A DNA stretch of 24,000 nucleotides from Alphaproteobacteria bacterium (GCA_009928665.1 SACF01000039.1:1-24000), one strand, 5' to 3'; shown: positions 7,561 to 16,218, counted from the stretch's first letter. The notes: a model not told the origin generated them from the letters alone. Made by a program: numbers and translations.

Positions 7561-8192
7561 AACTCCCGAAACACTTCGCCATCTATTTCAGGGCCTTTTA
7601 CAAGCCTTCTGAGGCTTTTGAGGCCCTCCTTGCCGGAAATTATTTCCGCGCAGGCTTTTTGTTCATGATGATCCCCCTTGCACTGTATACCCTGATGTAC
7701 TTCATGCTCTGGGCAGGAAACGGGGCGCCTTCAACGTTTGCTCCCTGGCTGAACATTCCCAGGGAACAATACTACTACTGGAATCGGTTTCTCGTCGCCC
7801 CGAGCATGATGTTCGCCTGGTTTGCCGCTGCCTCTTTCATGCAGGTCATTGCCCGCACCCTGAAAGGCTCCGGCTCCTTCGAAGCCACCCTTGGGCTGAC
7901 CGGCCTGTCGATCTCTGTGGCCATGTGGAGTACGCTGCTGCACGACCTGCTGATGAGTTTTTTCAGCATGACCGGGGTCATAGATGCCCGGCTGCATGAA
8001 ATAGCCATGAACAGCCCTACTATCTGGCGAAACATTCTCTGGGCCTGTTTTGCCCTGTACCTGTTTGCCTTTCCGGCGTTGTTTTACCGGACGGTGCGGG
8101 CGGTGCACCAGCTAAGTAAAGCACGGAGTTTTTTTATCGCCCTTGCATCTTTTCTGATTTTCCAGTTGATCTTCCTGGTATTTAACCGGTGA
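7557..8192 (+). CDS. Polytopic membrane protein, possibly Yip1-domain family
   Basis: 211 aa with about 5 TM helices. The N-terminal FRAFYKPSEAFEAL is similar to Yip1-domain protein starts. It has a 4-nt overlap with the upstream gene. Confidence 0.5.
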   Translation: MKLPKHFAIYFRAFYKPSEAFEALLAGNYFRAGFLFMMIPLALYTLMYFMLWAGNGAPSTFAPWLNIPREQYYYWNRFLVAPSMMFAWFAAASFMQVIARTLKGSGSFEATLGLTGLSISVAMWSTLLHDLLMSFFSMTGVIDARLHEIAMNSPTIWRNILWACFALYLFAFPALFYRTVRAVHQLSKARSFFIALASFLIFQLIFLVFNR

Positions 8193-8233
8193 ATGCCCTT
8201 GAAAACCTCCCGATTTCTCCATTCCATCCACTG

Positions 8234-9013
8234 TCAGCCAACATTGTATTTCACCGTGGTAAGTTCGAATTTCCCATAGCAGAACTCCCCTTCCGGCCTA
8301 ATGTAGATCACATCCGCCCGGTAAGGAAGAATCATTTCGCCGGATGCGCGGTACTCAACGACCGGTGTCCGCCAGGGGTGGTTGATATACTTTTTCCCGT
8401 CGGTGGTTTCGAAGCGATCGTGGCTGAGAAAATCGATGAGCCTTCCATCGTCGGCAAAAGTAAGCGTCCCGGTTACCCGGAGGTTACCGTTGGTGAGGGT
8501 CGCTCCTGCCTGTAATGGTCCCTTTTCCTCCCAGTGGATTCTCGGGTCGGTAAGGGTAGCAGGCGCCATAAAACACATATCGTTTAACAGCGTTACAGTC
8601 TCTCCCTGATCCATCTCCGGTCCTTTGGCATCGGCTACCCGGAAGAGGGAAACCAGCCGGATCTGCATCGTGGCTTTGCCCTCCCGATAAACATGTAGCC
8701 CGGCGACCGGTATTCCCGCTTTCATTGCACGGATATAAAAGAACCGACTTAAATCCGGATAAAAGTTATGCTGTTCCGACCTGAACTTCATCCAGCCAGC
8801 GTCGGGAGCAGAACGCATGACGCCCCGGGCAGCGACAAATACGTTCTTCACGCCGGGCTTGCCAAGGCATCCTACGAAACGAAGATACCGCTTCACAACT
8901 TCGGGAAGGTGGTGTTTATCCTCTTCGGTCACCATTTCAGGCTGCCCGGTAGCCTGATGTTCCATTGCCATAGCAATTTCTTTCCTGTATTGAATCTTAA
9001 ATCCCATATTCAA
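8234..9013 (-). CDS. DUF6544-like protein (uncharacterized)
   Basis: 259 aa and soluble. LPEVVKRYLRFVGCLGKP, GWMKFRSEQ and GPEMDQGETVTLLNDMCFMAPATL resemble the DUF6544 family pattern from memory. Confidence 0.6.
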   Translation of the reverse strand: MNMGFKIQYRKEIAMAMEHQATGQPEMVTEEDKHHLPEVVKRYLRFVGCLGKPGVKNVFVAARGVMRSAPDAGWMKFRSEQHNFYPDLSRFFYIRAMKAGIPVAGLHVYREGKATMQIRLVSLFRVADAKGPEMDQGETVTLLNDMCFMAPATLTDPRIHWEEKGPLQAGATLTNGNLRVTGTLTFADDGRLIDFLSHDRFETTDGKKYINHPWRTPVVEYRASGEMILPYRADVIYIRPEGEFCYGKFELTTVKYNVG

Positions 9014-9083
9014 AGCTCCTTTTTTGGATGGATGATGAATTCACATTGAATACCCTTAAAATTACACAAATTATCTTTCAGCA

Positions 9084-9115
9084 TAATAAAAAGCCGCCCC
9101 CTGAGAGGACGGCTT
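9084..9115 (-). terminator. Rho-independent terminator of the 9144-9800 gene
   Basis: The minus strand reads AAGCCGTCCTC-TCA-GGGGGCGGCTT (11-bp stem including 2 G-U pairs, 3-nt loop) followed by TTTTTATTAT. It begins 29 nt after the stop codon. Confidence 0.75.
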
Positions 9116-9143
9116 CATGACCTGAAAAAATTTCTGTCGACAG

Positions 9144-9800
9144 TTAGAATTTCCCGAATTTCAACCCCACGGTGGCCGTGAAATTGTTCATTATGGTGGA
9201 GGAGGTGTTGATCAGATCAAGCCCCGCCACGTACCGGTAACTCACGCCGGCGTTCAGTCGCATGAACTTCAGGATATTGATCTCGGCACGGACCCCGGGC
9301 TCCACAACAAAGTACTGATCTTTGTCGATGGTTCTGCGATGTTCGTCACAGTCATCCTCATCCCATTCCGGGTAATCCGGGTCGGTGATGTAGGAGGCAT
9401 CCCCTCCGCCGATCAGAACCGGGAAGGTAACGTGAACCATCGATTTTGGGAAAAGGGTGTACTCGAGCAGTAGTCCGCCATACCCGCCTTCAAGATATGC
9501 ACCGGTAGTGTCGGTAACATTCGGATAATACATCCCATTACGGTTGCACCAGCCGCGTCCCGTCAAACCGAGGGTGAAATTGTGGTTGATGATCATACCA
9601 ACGCTCAGTCCGGCCATCCAGACATCACGTCCGCTGAATTGTGTGTACCCCGGGTCAATCCCGATAACCCAGCCAATCCTGGTCTTTTTCTCCTTCCCGA
9701 AAATAGTGTTCATCTCATCCGTTGAATTCGGCGTCTCTGTCTGGGCCTTTACCATAACAACCATGAGCAGCAATGCGACCATTAATGATAATTGTTTCAT
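9144..9800 (-). CDS. Secreted protein, probable small outer-membrane beta-barrel
   Basis: Signal peptide MKQLSLMVALLLMVVMVKAQ. Alternating beta-strand-like segments rich in G/Y. The C-terminus ...TATVGLKFGKF ends in Phe, as in OMP beta-signals. Confidence 0.65.
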   Translation of the reverse strand: MKQLSLMVALLLMVVMVKAQTETPNSTDEMNTIFGKEKKTRIGWVIGIDPGYTQFSGRDVWMAGLSVGMIINHNFTLGLTGRGWCNRNGMYYPNVTDTTGAYLEGGYGGLLLEYTLFPKSMVHVTFPVLIGGGDASYITDPDYPEWDEDDCDEHRRTIDKDQYFVVEPGVRAEINILKFMRLNAGVSYRYVAGLDLINTSSTIMNNFTATVGLKFGKF

Positions 9801-10101
9801 ACTGAATTGATTTTGTTTAATTTGTGAATTGATTAACAGATCGTGTTTTGAAACATTGGATGCATACTGATTTCATATGTTACAGGGGATGGCCGTAAAA
9901 CAGTTGAATCCGGGTATTCAATCGTTGAATGATACAAAACATCCGATGAACCCAAGAAGGATCCACGTTCGGAAAATAATGGCAGAGATTATGAATGGGG
10001 AAGTTAACCGGATTTCAGGCTTTTTCATATACTGAGCCTTTCAGGTGAGACATTTTGCAAAACTACACTTCCGGTTCAAAGAGTTTTGTATGACGCTATG
10101 T

Positions 10102-10581
10102 TCATTCCGACTTTCGCTTTTTTCGCACTTCGGTCAGCTGGTCTCTTTTTTTTGCGGCAGCTCCGATAATTTGAGATAATTCTGCCGACATCTGCACATA
10201 TTCCTGGTAATCGGAGGGGACTCCGGCTACATTTTGGGGAATATATTGCAGTTCACCGGCCGAAGAGAAGTCATCCTCGGCAATCACCAATCCGAAGTGC
10301 CTGACAATGTTCTCTTCAACAATATTATCGAGCGGACTGCTATTTCTCTCCTTCAGGTCGATATTCAATATAGATTGCATTTTAGATTTCATTTCCCGGA
10401 AGTCGGCGGTATCATTACCACCCACGGCAACGGATATCAGTTCGCGGGGATCGAAAGCATTGACAACCGTGTACATTGTGGTTGGAGCGCCGAATCCCGT
10501 GGCATGAAACCATGCTTTCCTATAATCATCGAAGGTCTTTCCTTCTCTGAGCCTCCGGTGAATGATCGTGATAAATTTCAT
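10102..10581 (-). CDS. Hypothetical cytoplasmic protein
   Basis: 159-aa ORF with no signal peptide and a basic C-terminal tail (KKRDQLTEVRKKRKSE). I recognise no family. Confidence 0.55.
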   Translation of the reverse strand: MKFITIIHRRLREGKTFDDYRKAWFHATGFGAPTTMYTVVNAFDPRELISVAVGGNDTADFREMKSKMQSILNIDLKERNSSPLDNIVEENIVRHFGLVIAEDDFSSAGELQYIPQNVAGVPSDYQEYVQMSAELSQIIGAAAKKRDQLTEVRKKRKSE

Positions 10582-10632
10582 GGATTACCTCCTTTTTTGT
10601 TGGTTCGGATATCAAACTGAATACTATTTTAC

Positions 10633-10728
10633 TCAATGCTGATCGGCTTGTTCGAGCATGATTTGGTAAAATTCATCGGGCATATCGGCCATGGGGACAT
10701 GAGAGGAGGGTAACTCAAGATCACCGGG
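10633..10728 (-). pseudogene. Possible remnant of an alpha/beta-hydrolase C-terminus
   Basis: The minus-strand frame reads PGDLELPSSHVPMADMPDEFYQIMLEQADQH*, resembling the catalytic-His end motif GH.P..E.PEEF...I..F. It is bounded upstream by an in-frame stop and AT-rich non-coding sequence. Confidence 0.2.
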
Positions 10729-10943
10729 TCATAGCAGCTTTACATTCGTCAACCTGCTATGATTCAGTATTATATGAGGTATAATAACAAATGTACTACA
10801 AATTTCAGCAAAAACAAAGGTGTTCAAAGCTCATCCCGGTGAAACATTTGATGAAAAGCTGAAGAAAGAGGACCTTCCTTGCTGAAGCTGTGACCAATTA
10901 ATGATCAGATGGTTTGAAACCCTGGGGTGAGGTACTTTTCAGT

Positions 10944-11852
10944 TCATGGCCTGACCAGGAGCCGAAGTGTTCCCCAGCAACGTCCTTCCGACCACAGGGT
11001 TGCATAACAGATCTCGCCGGAGAGGCCAAAGTTGTCGACCGGGATGAGATGATCGCCTTCGCTAACCGATCGTTCGATACAGCCGGCTGCATCGCCCCGG
11101 GAAGTAGTGATTTGGATGAGTATTGATCCCGGCCGAAATGCACGCACGAAAAGATAGGTCCTGTCGCGGAAGGGATTAGGAAAATTCTTCTCAAGGATAC
11201 AACCGGACGATGGGGACGGGCCCCGGTCTATGATCCCCACCGGGAATTCAACACCGGTGATCAGTCGGATACGGTTCGCATTGTACTCGGATACAAATAA
11301 ATTACCTTCCGCGGTAAGAGCGATACTGTTGGGACCGTTGAACTGAGCCGAATCAGCAGGGCCGTCTTTCCCCCCGGAGACACCTGTCCCGGCTAATACG
11401 GTAACATTACCCGCGGGCGATATCTTATAGATTTTATGATGACCGTATGCAGGAAGGTACAGATTGCCCGACTGCCCCCGGGCAAGGTACTGGATCCGCG
11501 ATGTGGAGGGATTGGGAACCGTTGCAAATACCGTGACAATCCCGTTTGGGGCGACCTTGTTGACGATACCCGTGTTATAATTTGATACATAAAGGTTCCC
11601 GTCAGGATCGAAAACCAGACCGATTGGCCCGCTGAATCCCGATGCGAAGACCGATTCCGATCCCCCGGGCGTTATTTTGCTTACCGTGCCGCCGCCATAG
11701 TTCGACACATAAAGGTTCCATTCGTTATCGAATGCAAACGCACTGGGATGGTTCAGCCCCGTGGCGAAGTCGGTCTTCACTCCCGCCGGTGAAGTGCGGG
11801 TAATCTTACCGGAATTATAGTCGGATATATAAAGATACCCGGGCCTGGCTTT
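10944..11852 (-). pseudogene. 5'-truncated NHL-repeat protein with a T9SS C-terminal sorting domain
   Basis: Repeated NHL units (NLYVSNYGGGTVSKITPGG, NLYVSNYNTGIVNKVAPNG, NLFVSEYNANRIRLI) and a Por/T9SS CTD (LEKNFPNPFRDRTYL..., last ~86 aa, 10944-11204). The frame is open to 11852 and still encodes an NHL unit (YLYISDYNSGKITRTSPAG). There is no ATG anywhere in the frame and no signal peptide. Confidence 0.7.
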
Positions 11853-11873
11853 TCAGCAAAAGACAGCCGGCCC
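11841..11873 (-). terminator. Hairpin immediately downstream of the sulfatase stop (terminator candidate)
   Basis: GGGCC-T-GGCT (11841-11850) pairs with AGCC-GGCCC (11865-11873), giving 9 bp with one bulge and a 14-nt loop. On the minus strand it follows the TGA (11879-11881) and precedes GGGTATCTTTATAT. Confidence 0.45.
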
Positions 11874-11878
11874 TGCCA

Positions 11879-14293
11879 TCAGTCTCTTTCAAAAGCGGCC
11901 TGCGCCTCTTTCACGATATCGAGATACTGGGTTTTGTCGACGGTTACTGCCACGAAAATGATCCTGCCTCCCCTGAATGTTCCGGGAACCTTATACGCAC
12001 GACTTACGGCATCGCCACTGTCCCATCCCACGCAAAGTCCGTCCCCACCAAGGGAGAACTTCCCAGGCTGGGTCTTCATCGGACCTTCGGCAACGACCTT
12101 ATCGTTCACATATAACTTCATCGATCCTATAGATTCGTGGTGGGGGCCAGCCTTTTCGCGTTTGAACTCCATGCCAAAGGTGTATTTCCCGGGTTTAAGT
12201 TCCGGAGATACGAATTCCTGCTCAGGTGCAATCCCAAGAAAATTGTACACATAGTGCAGTTTCCTGTCCTTGATGAACAGAGAGTGTCCGCCGAAACGCG
12301 ATCCATGGGCGAAGATGACGCCTGAACAGTCCTTATCGGTAATTTCAACGTCGGTAACGATCATATACGAACGGCCGACCACATCCACCGCTACTGCCAA
12401 AGGAACAGGCGAATCGCTGGGGAAATAAATGTATTTGTCACGGGGAGGCTGTCCCGTGGGACGATGAGCACCGGCAAATTCCAGAGCATTCCTGTCGTCA
12501 AGCGGAAGCACGAAATTTTTCTCCGCTTCATCAAACCAATCCTTGACCAGTTCCTTGAGTTTTTCAGGATTTTCCTTTGCCAGGTTTTTCGATTCGGCGC
12601 GGTCCACATCCACATGATAAAGTTCCCATTCATCCTTATCAAAATTGCCCGTACTGGTCATGGGGGCATGTACGGAAGAGACCTTCCAACCGTCCTTCCA
12701 GAGTCCGCGTGTCCCCATCATCGCATAGTATTGAATATGTTTCCGGGTAGGATCATCGGGCTTTGCGGTAAACGTATAGGCCATCGAAACACCGGAAAGC
12801 GGATATTGCTTTACCCCGTTATAAACATCCGGCATCTGAAGTTTGCACACTTCAAGGATGGTTGGCACAATATCGACGGAATGGTGGTACTGGTTCCTGA
12901 CTTCCCCACGGGCCTTGATACCCTTCGGCCAGCAGATGACCAGCGGATCACAGGTTCCGCCGGCATATTCCGAATAGCGTTTGAACATCTTGAAGGGAGT
13001 CGAAAAGGCCGCGGCCCATCCGGTTGGTATATGCTCATACGTGTCGGGATTCCCCAGCTCATTGATATATTTGATGTTTTCTTCTATAACGTCGGGATAG
13101 CCGTTGAAGAACTTGTTCTCATTGACCGAACCGTTGGGGGAACCTTCTCCTGAGGCACCGTTGTCGGCTGCATAGATGATGATGGTGTTTTTAAGCTGTC
13201 CCGATTTTCTCAGATATTCGATCAACCTTCCCACCTGGGCATCGGTATATTCCGAAAATCCGGCGTACACTTCGGCCAGTCGTGAAAACAGTTTCTTCTC
13301 CTGAGGGCTCAGACTGTTCCAGGGCCGTACAAAATCAGCTTTATTGGCAATAGATTTTGGCAGGGGATTTAAAGGTGTAAGCTCCGTGCCTTCAGGCAGA
13401 ATTCCTTTGGCAATCATCCTGGGAAGGACCCACTTGCGGTAAGCCTCATAACCATCGTCGAACTTTCCCTTATACTTGTCGATATATTCCTGCGGACATT
13501 GATGGGGGGCGTGATTGGCACCCGGACAGTACCACATATACCAGGGTTTGGTGGGATTGCTTCCATTCTGTTCGCGTATCATGTTGATGGCCTGATCGGC
13601 AAGATCCTTTGAAAGATGATAACCTTCCTCGGGATAATACGGCTGATTGATGAAATGATTATCCGAGACAAGTTCAGGATACCATTGGCTTGATTCTCCA
13701 CCCATGAAACCGTAAAAACGGTCGAATCCCTGTGAAAGAGGCCAGGTTTTCCGATCTCCCGCCATGGAAATATCCTGCGTAGGGACGTTGTGATTCTTGC
13801 CAATCCAGAACGTACCATATCCGTTGTCGCGCAAAACACTTGCAATTGTGGCACATTCATCCGGGATACGCCCGTTGGCACCCGGGAATCCTGAAGCACA
13901 CTCGGCGATCGAAGCATACCCGTTCAGATTATGGTTCCGGCCGGTCAGCAGCGTGGAACGCGTGGGTGAAGAAAGTGCACAGGTATGGAACTGCGAATAG
14001 ATCAGTCCGCTGTCGGCAAGCATCTGCAAAGTAGGCATGTTGGCCCTGCCGCCAAAGGGAGACCAGAAGGCCAGACCCGTGTCATCGTACAGAATAAAAA
14101 GAATGTTGGGTGAGCCTTCGGGCGCTTGTTTGGGAAGGTACGGGATCCAGTCCTCGGTAGATTGACGGATATCCAGCTTCATCTCACCTTTGAATTTTCC
14201 GGTGTCGGTTGCGTGTTGTTTGCAGCCCGTGAGTCCTGCTATGGTCAACGGAATCATGCCTAATGACATAGCCTGAGTGGGGATTCGTCTCAT
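11879..14293 (-). CDS. Arylsulfatase-family lipoprotein, Ser-type active site, with a long C-terminal extension
   Basis: Sulfatase N-terminal domain (NILFILYDDTGL, FHTCALSSPTRSTLLTGRNH, WIGKNHN, ADNGAS). The signal peptide has a lipobox: MRRIPTQAMSLGMIPLTIAGLTG-C. ATG 14293 is preferred over the TTG at 14311. About 804 aa. Confidence 0.9.
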   Translation of the reverse strand: MRRIPTQAMSLGMIPLTIAGLTGCKQHATDTGKFKGEMKLDIRQSTEDWIPYLPKQAPEGSPNILFILYDDTGLAFWSPFGGRANMPTLQMLADSGLIYSQFHTCALSSPTRSTLLTGRNHNLNGYASIAECASGFPGANGRIPDECATIASVLRDNGYGTFWIGKNHNVPTQDISMAGDRKTWPLSQGFDRFYGFMGGESSQWYPELVSDNHFINQPYYPEEGYHLSKDLADQAINMIREQNGSNPTKPWYMWYCPGANHAPHQCPQEYIDKYKGKFDDGYEAYRKWVLPRMIAKGILPEGTELTPLNPLPKSIANKADFVRPWNSLSPQEKKLFSRLAEVYAGFSEYTDAQVGRLIEYLRKSGQLKNTIIIYAADNGASGEGSPNGSVNENKFFNGYPDVIEENIKYINELGNPDTYEHIPTGWAAAFSTPFKMFKRYSEYAGGTCDPLVICWPKGIKARGEVRNQYHHSVDIVPTILEVCKLQMPDVYNGVKQYPLSGVSMAYTFTAKPDDPTRKHIQYYAMMGTRGLWKDGWKVSSVHAPMTSTGNFDKDEWELYHVDVDRAESKNLAKENPEKLKELVKDWFDEAEKNFVLPLDDRNALEFAGAHRPTGQPPRDKYIYFPSDSPVPLAVAVDVVGRSYMIVTDVEITDKDCSGVIFAHGSRFGGHSLFIKDRKLHYVYNFLGIAPEQEFVSPELKPGKYTFGMEFKREKAGPHHESIGSMKLYVNDKVVAEGPMKTQPGKFSLGGDGLCVGWDSGDAVSRAYKVPGTFRGGRIIFVAVTVDKTQYLDIVKEAQAAFERD

Positions 14294-14356
14294 AATGCGC
14301 TGATTTTTCAAGGTTTAAGTGCAGTGTTTTTTTTGGCACCACTGTGCCGGGGACAA

Positions 14357-14364
14357 CAAATATA
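14357..14364 (-). promoter_or_regulatory. Candidate -7 box for the sulfatase gene
   Basis: The + strand CAAATATA reads TATATTTG (TAnnTTTG) on the minus strand, about 64 nt upstream of ATG 14293. Confidence 0.3.
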
Positions 14365-14368
14365 ATAA

Positions 14369-14391
14369 ATAAATATTTGTTAAATATTTAT
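14369..14391. promoter_or_regulatory. Perfect 10-bp palindrome in the divergent promoter region (candidate operator)
   Basis: ATAAATATTT (14369-14378), spacer GTT, AAATATTTAT (14382-14391). It abuts the candidate -7 box at 14357-14364. Confidence 0.3.
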
Positions 14392-14422
14392 GCAAAGAAT
14401 ATTTTTGGGAATTTTATTTTAA

Positions 14423-14430
14423 TACATTTG
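14423..14430 (+). promoter_or_regulatory. Candidate -7 box for the 14576 gene
   Basis: TACATTTG matches TAnnTTTG, about 146 nt upstream of ATG 14576. Confidence 0.25.
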
Positions 14431-14575
14431 CGGTGTATGCATCAATCATGATTTTTAACGCTGATCACGGAACACCGGGGAGATCGATGCAGTAGGGAAT
14501 TAATCGTAACAGATGACCTCAAGTTAATTAATACCATCATTTTTCCGAAAATTTTAAACTCAGAAAACTCACATC

Positions 14576-15271
14576 ATGAAAAAAAACTATCTGCTTTTAT
14601 GCCTGGCTACCATTGCCTTTCTGGGAAACATCACTGCCCAGCCCGATATGAAGGAGACCATGTCGATCATAAAATCCAGCCTCGTCCAGAGCAAAGTCAA
14701 CATGCGGCAGTATTCCTGGATTGAAACGACCAAAACCTGGATCAAGGGTGAACTGAAATCCACAAAACAAAACCAGTGTTATTACAGCGTGGATGGAAAA
14801 CTGATTAAAGTTGCCACCGGCGGAACCGTTCAACCTGCTCCTTCAGGCGGAATCAAAGGGAAGATCATCGCCAATAAAAAGGAGGATATGCAGGAATATG
14901 TGACCCGGGCCATGAACAAGATCAATGATTACCTTCCTCCCGATGGCGACAAAATCCAGCGAATCTATGAAAGCGGTAAAGTCGCGATCCAGATCCTTGA
15001 ACCCGGGAAGAAATTCAAACTGGACTTTCCCAATTACATGCAGAACGGCGACATGTTATCGATTTCTGTAGATATAGCGGCAAAGAAACTGCTTGCCCTG
15101 TCGGTCGCTACCTGGCTTGATGCACCTTCGGATAAGGTGGGTTTAAATGTTAAATACAATTCCCTCCCCGACGGAACACAATATGAAGCCGGCACTGTGC
15201 TGACAGCCGATGCCAAAAACCTTAAACTCGAAATCGAAGAATCAGGATTCAGAAAAGGGAACGGACAGTAA
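14576..15271 (+). CDS. Secreted hypothetical protein
   Basis: 231 aa with signal peptide MKKNYLLLCLATIAFLGNITAQ. I recognise no family; the sheet-rich character loosely suggests a LolA-like fold. Confidence 0.65.
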   Translation: MKKNYLLLCLATIAFLGNITAQPDMKETMSIIKSSLVQSKVNMRQYSWIETTKTWIKGELKSTKQNQCYYSVDGKLIKVATGGTVQPAPSGGIKGKIIANKKEDMQEYVTRAMNKINDYLPPDGDKIQRIYESGKVAIQILEPGKKFKLDFPNYMQNGDMLSISVDIAAKKLLALSVATWLDAPSDKVGLNVKYNSLPDGTQYEAGTVLTADAKNLKLEIEESGFRKGNGQ

Positions 15272-15368
15272 TTTTTCAGATGAAGTATCCATAGGAACCA
15301 GGTTCATGCAAACCGTGAATGATCCTGAAGTATTTTCAATGACCCATAAAATATAATAATATTTACAT

Positions 15369-16217
15369 ATGAAAGCAATGATGATCTTGAATAATGGCTG
15401 TGGTGCCGGACAGACCGTAAAAAGCAGGAGTTTATTTAAAAGTCTCATTCCTGCCTTGATTGCCTTTGTACTGACCCTTACCGCAGTCACCCCGGCCCGT
15501 TCACAGGTGGTTATCGCGTTGTTGTTCGGAGACAAGCTGAACACACCCTCGCTAAAATTCGGTCTCGACGGGGGAATCAATCTGGCCACCCTTACCAACA
15601 TCGATAAGTCAAGCTTTACCGCCGGCTTTAACCTTGGATTGTATTTCGACATCCTGCTCAAGCAGAATACAAACTGGTACATCCATACCGGCGTATTGCT
15701 GAAATCTCCGATGGGAGGCGATAAGCTGAGTACTTATTCGTTGGCCGATCCCGCGCTGGATACCATGTTTTTATCAGGTCATGTTCAGCGTCAGCTCCGG
15801 TATATCAATCTTCCCATCCTGATAAGGTACAAGCTGAAATGCCAGTTCTTTATCGAAGCAGGTCCGATGTTCGGGGTGCTGACAAAAGCCACCGACGTGT
15901 TTTATAACACGATATCCGACGAAAATGATGTATCGTACAAGAACAACATTTACAAAAAATGCAACTGGTTTGATGTGGGAGCCATGGGCGGCATCGGTTA
16001 TCATTTTATGAAAGGGACCGGTTTGAATTTGGGAGTCAGGTATTATTACGGATTCACACATGTTCTTGCAAAAGGCGTTCCCGATCCGGGACAGAATAAT
16101 TCCCTGTATGTTTACCTGAGCATTCCGATCGGCGCGGGTGAAAAGTCACAGGCAAAGGCCGCTGAAAAAGCAAAAGAAAAAGCTGCAAAACAGCAGGAAA
16201 AGAATATGAACAAATAA
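15369..16217 (+). CDS. Outer-membrane beta-barrel protein (PorT-like porin family) with a K/A/E-rich C-terminal tail
   Basis: Signal peptide ...LTLTAVTPARSQ. Typical strands are LKFGLDGGINLATL, FNLGLYFD, YINLPILIRYKL, FFIEAGPMFGVL, DVGAMGGIGYHF and GLNLGVRYYYGF. The tail is GAGEKSQAKAAEKAKEKAAKQQEKNMNK (16131-16214). Confidence 0.8.
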   Translation: MKAMMILNNGCGAGQTVKSRSLFKSLIPALIAFVLTLTAVTPARSQVVIALLFGDKLNTPSLKFGLDGGINLATLTNIDKSSFTAGFNLGLYFDILLKQNTNWYIHTGVLLKSPMGGDKLSTYSLADPALDTMFLSGHVQRQLRYINLPILIRYKLKCQFFIEAGPMFGVLTKATDVFYNTISDENDVSYKNNIYKKCNWFDVGAMGGIGYHFMKGTGLNLGVRYYYGFTHVLAKGVPDPGQNNSLYVYLSIPIGAGEKSQAKAAEKAKEKAAKQQEKNMNK

Positions 16218-16218
16218 G

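Noticed and set aside
12464-13153. 229-aa + strand ORF antisense to the sulfatase gene; likewise 2276-2905 (+), 1230-1880 (-), 227-706 (-) and 7129-7533 (-)
   Set aside because: Each lies antisense to a CDS with clear family signatures and shows no recognisable motifs of its own.
14294-14311. TTG start at 14311 for the sulfatase
   Set aside because: The in-frame ATG at 14293 gives a conventional lipoprotein signal peptide (MRRIPTQAMSLGMIPLTIAGLTGC). The extra MKNQRI adds nothing, though it cannot be strictly excluded.
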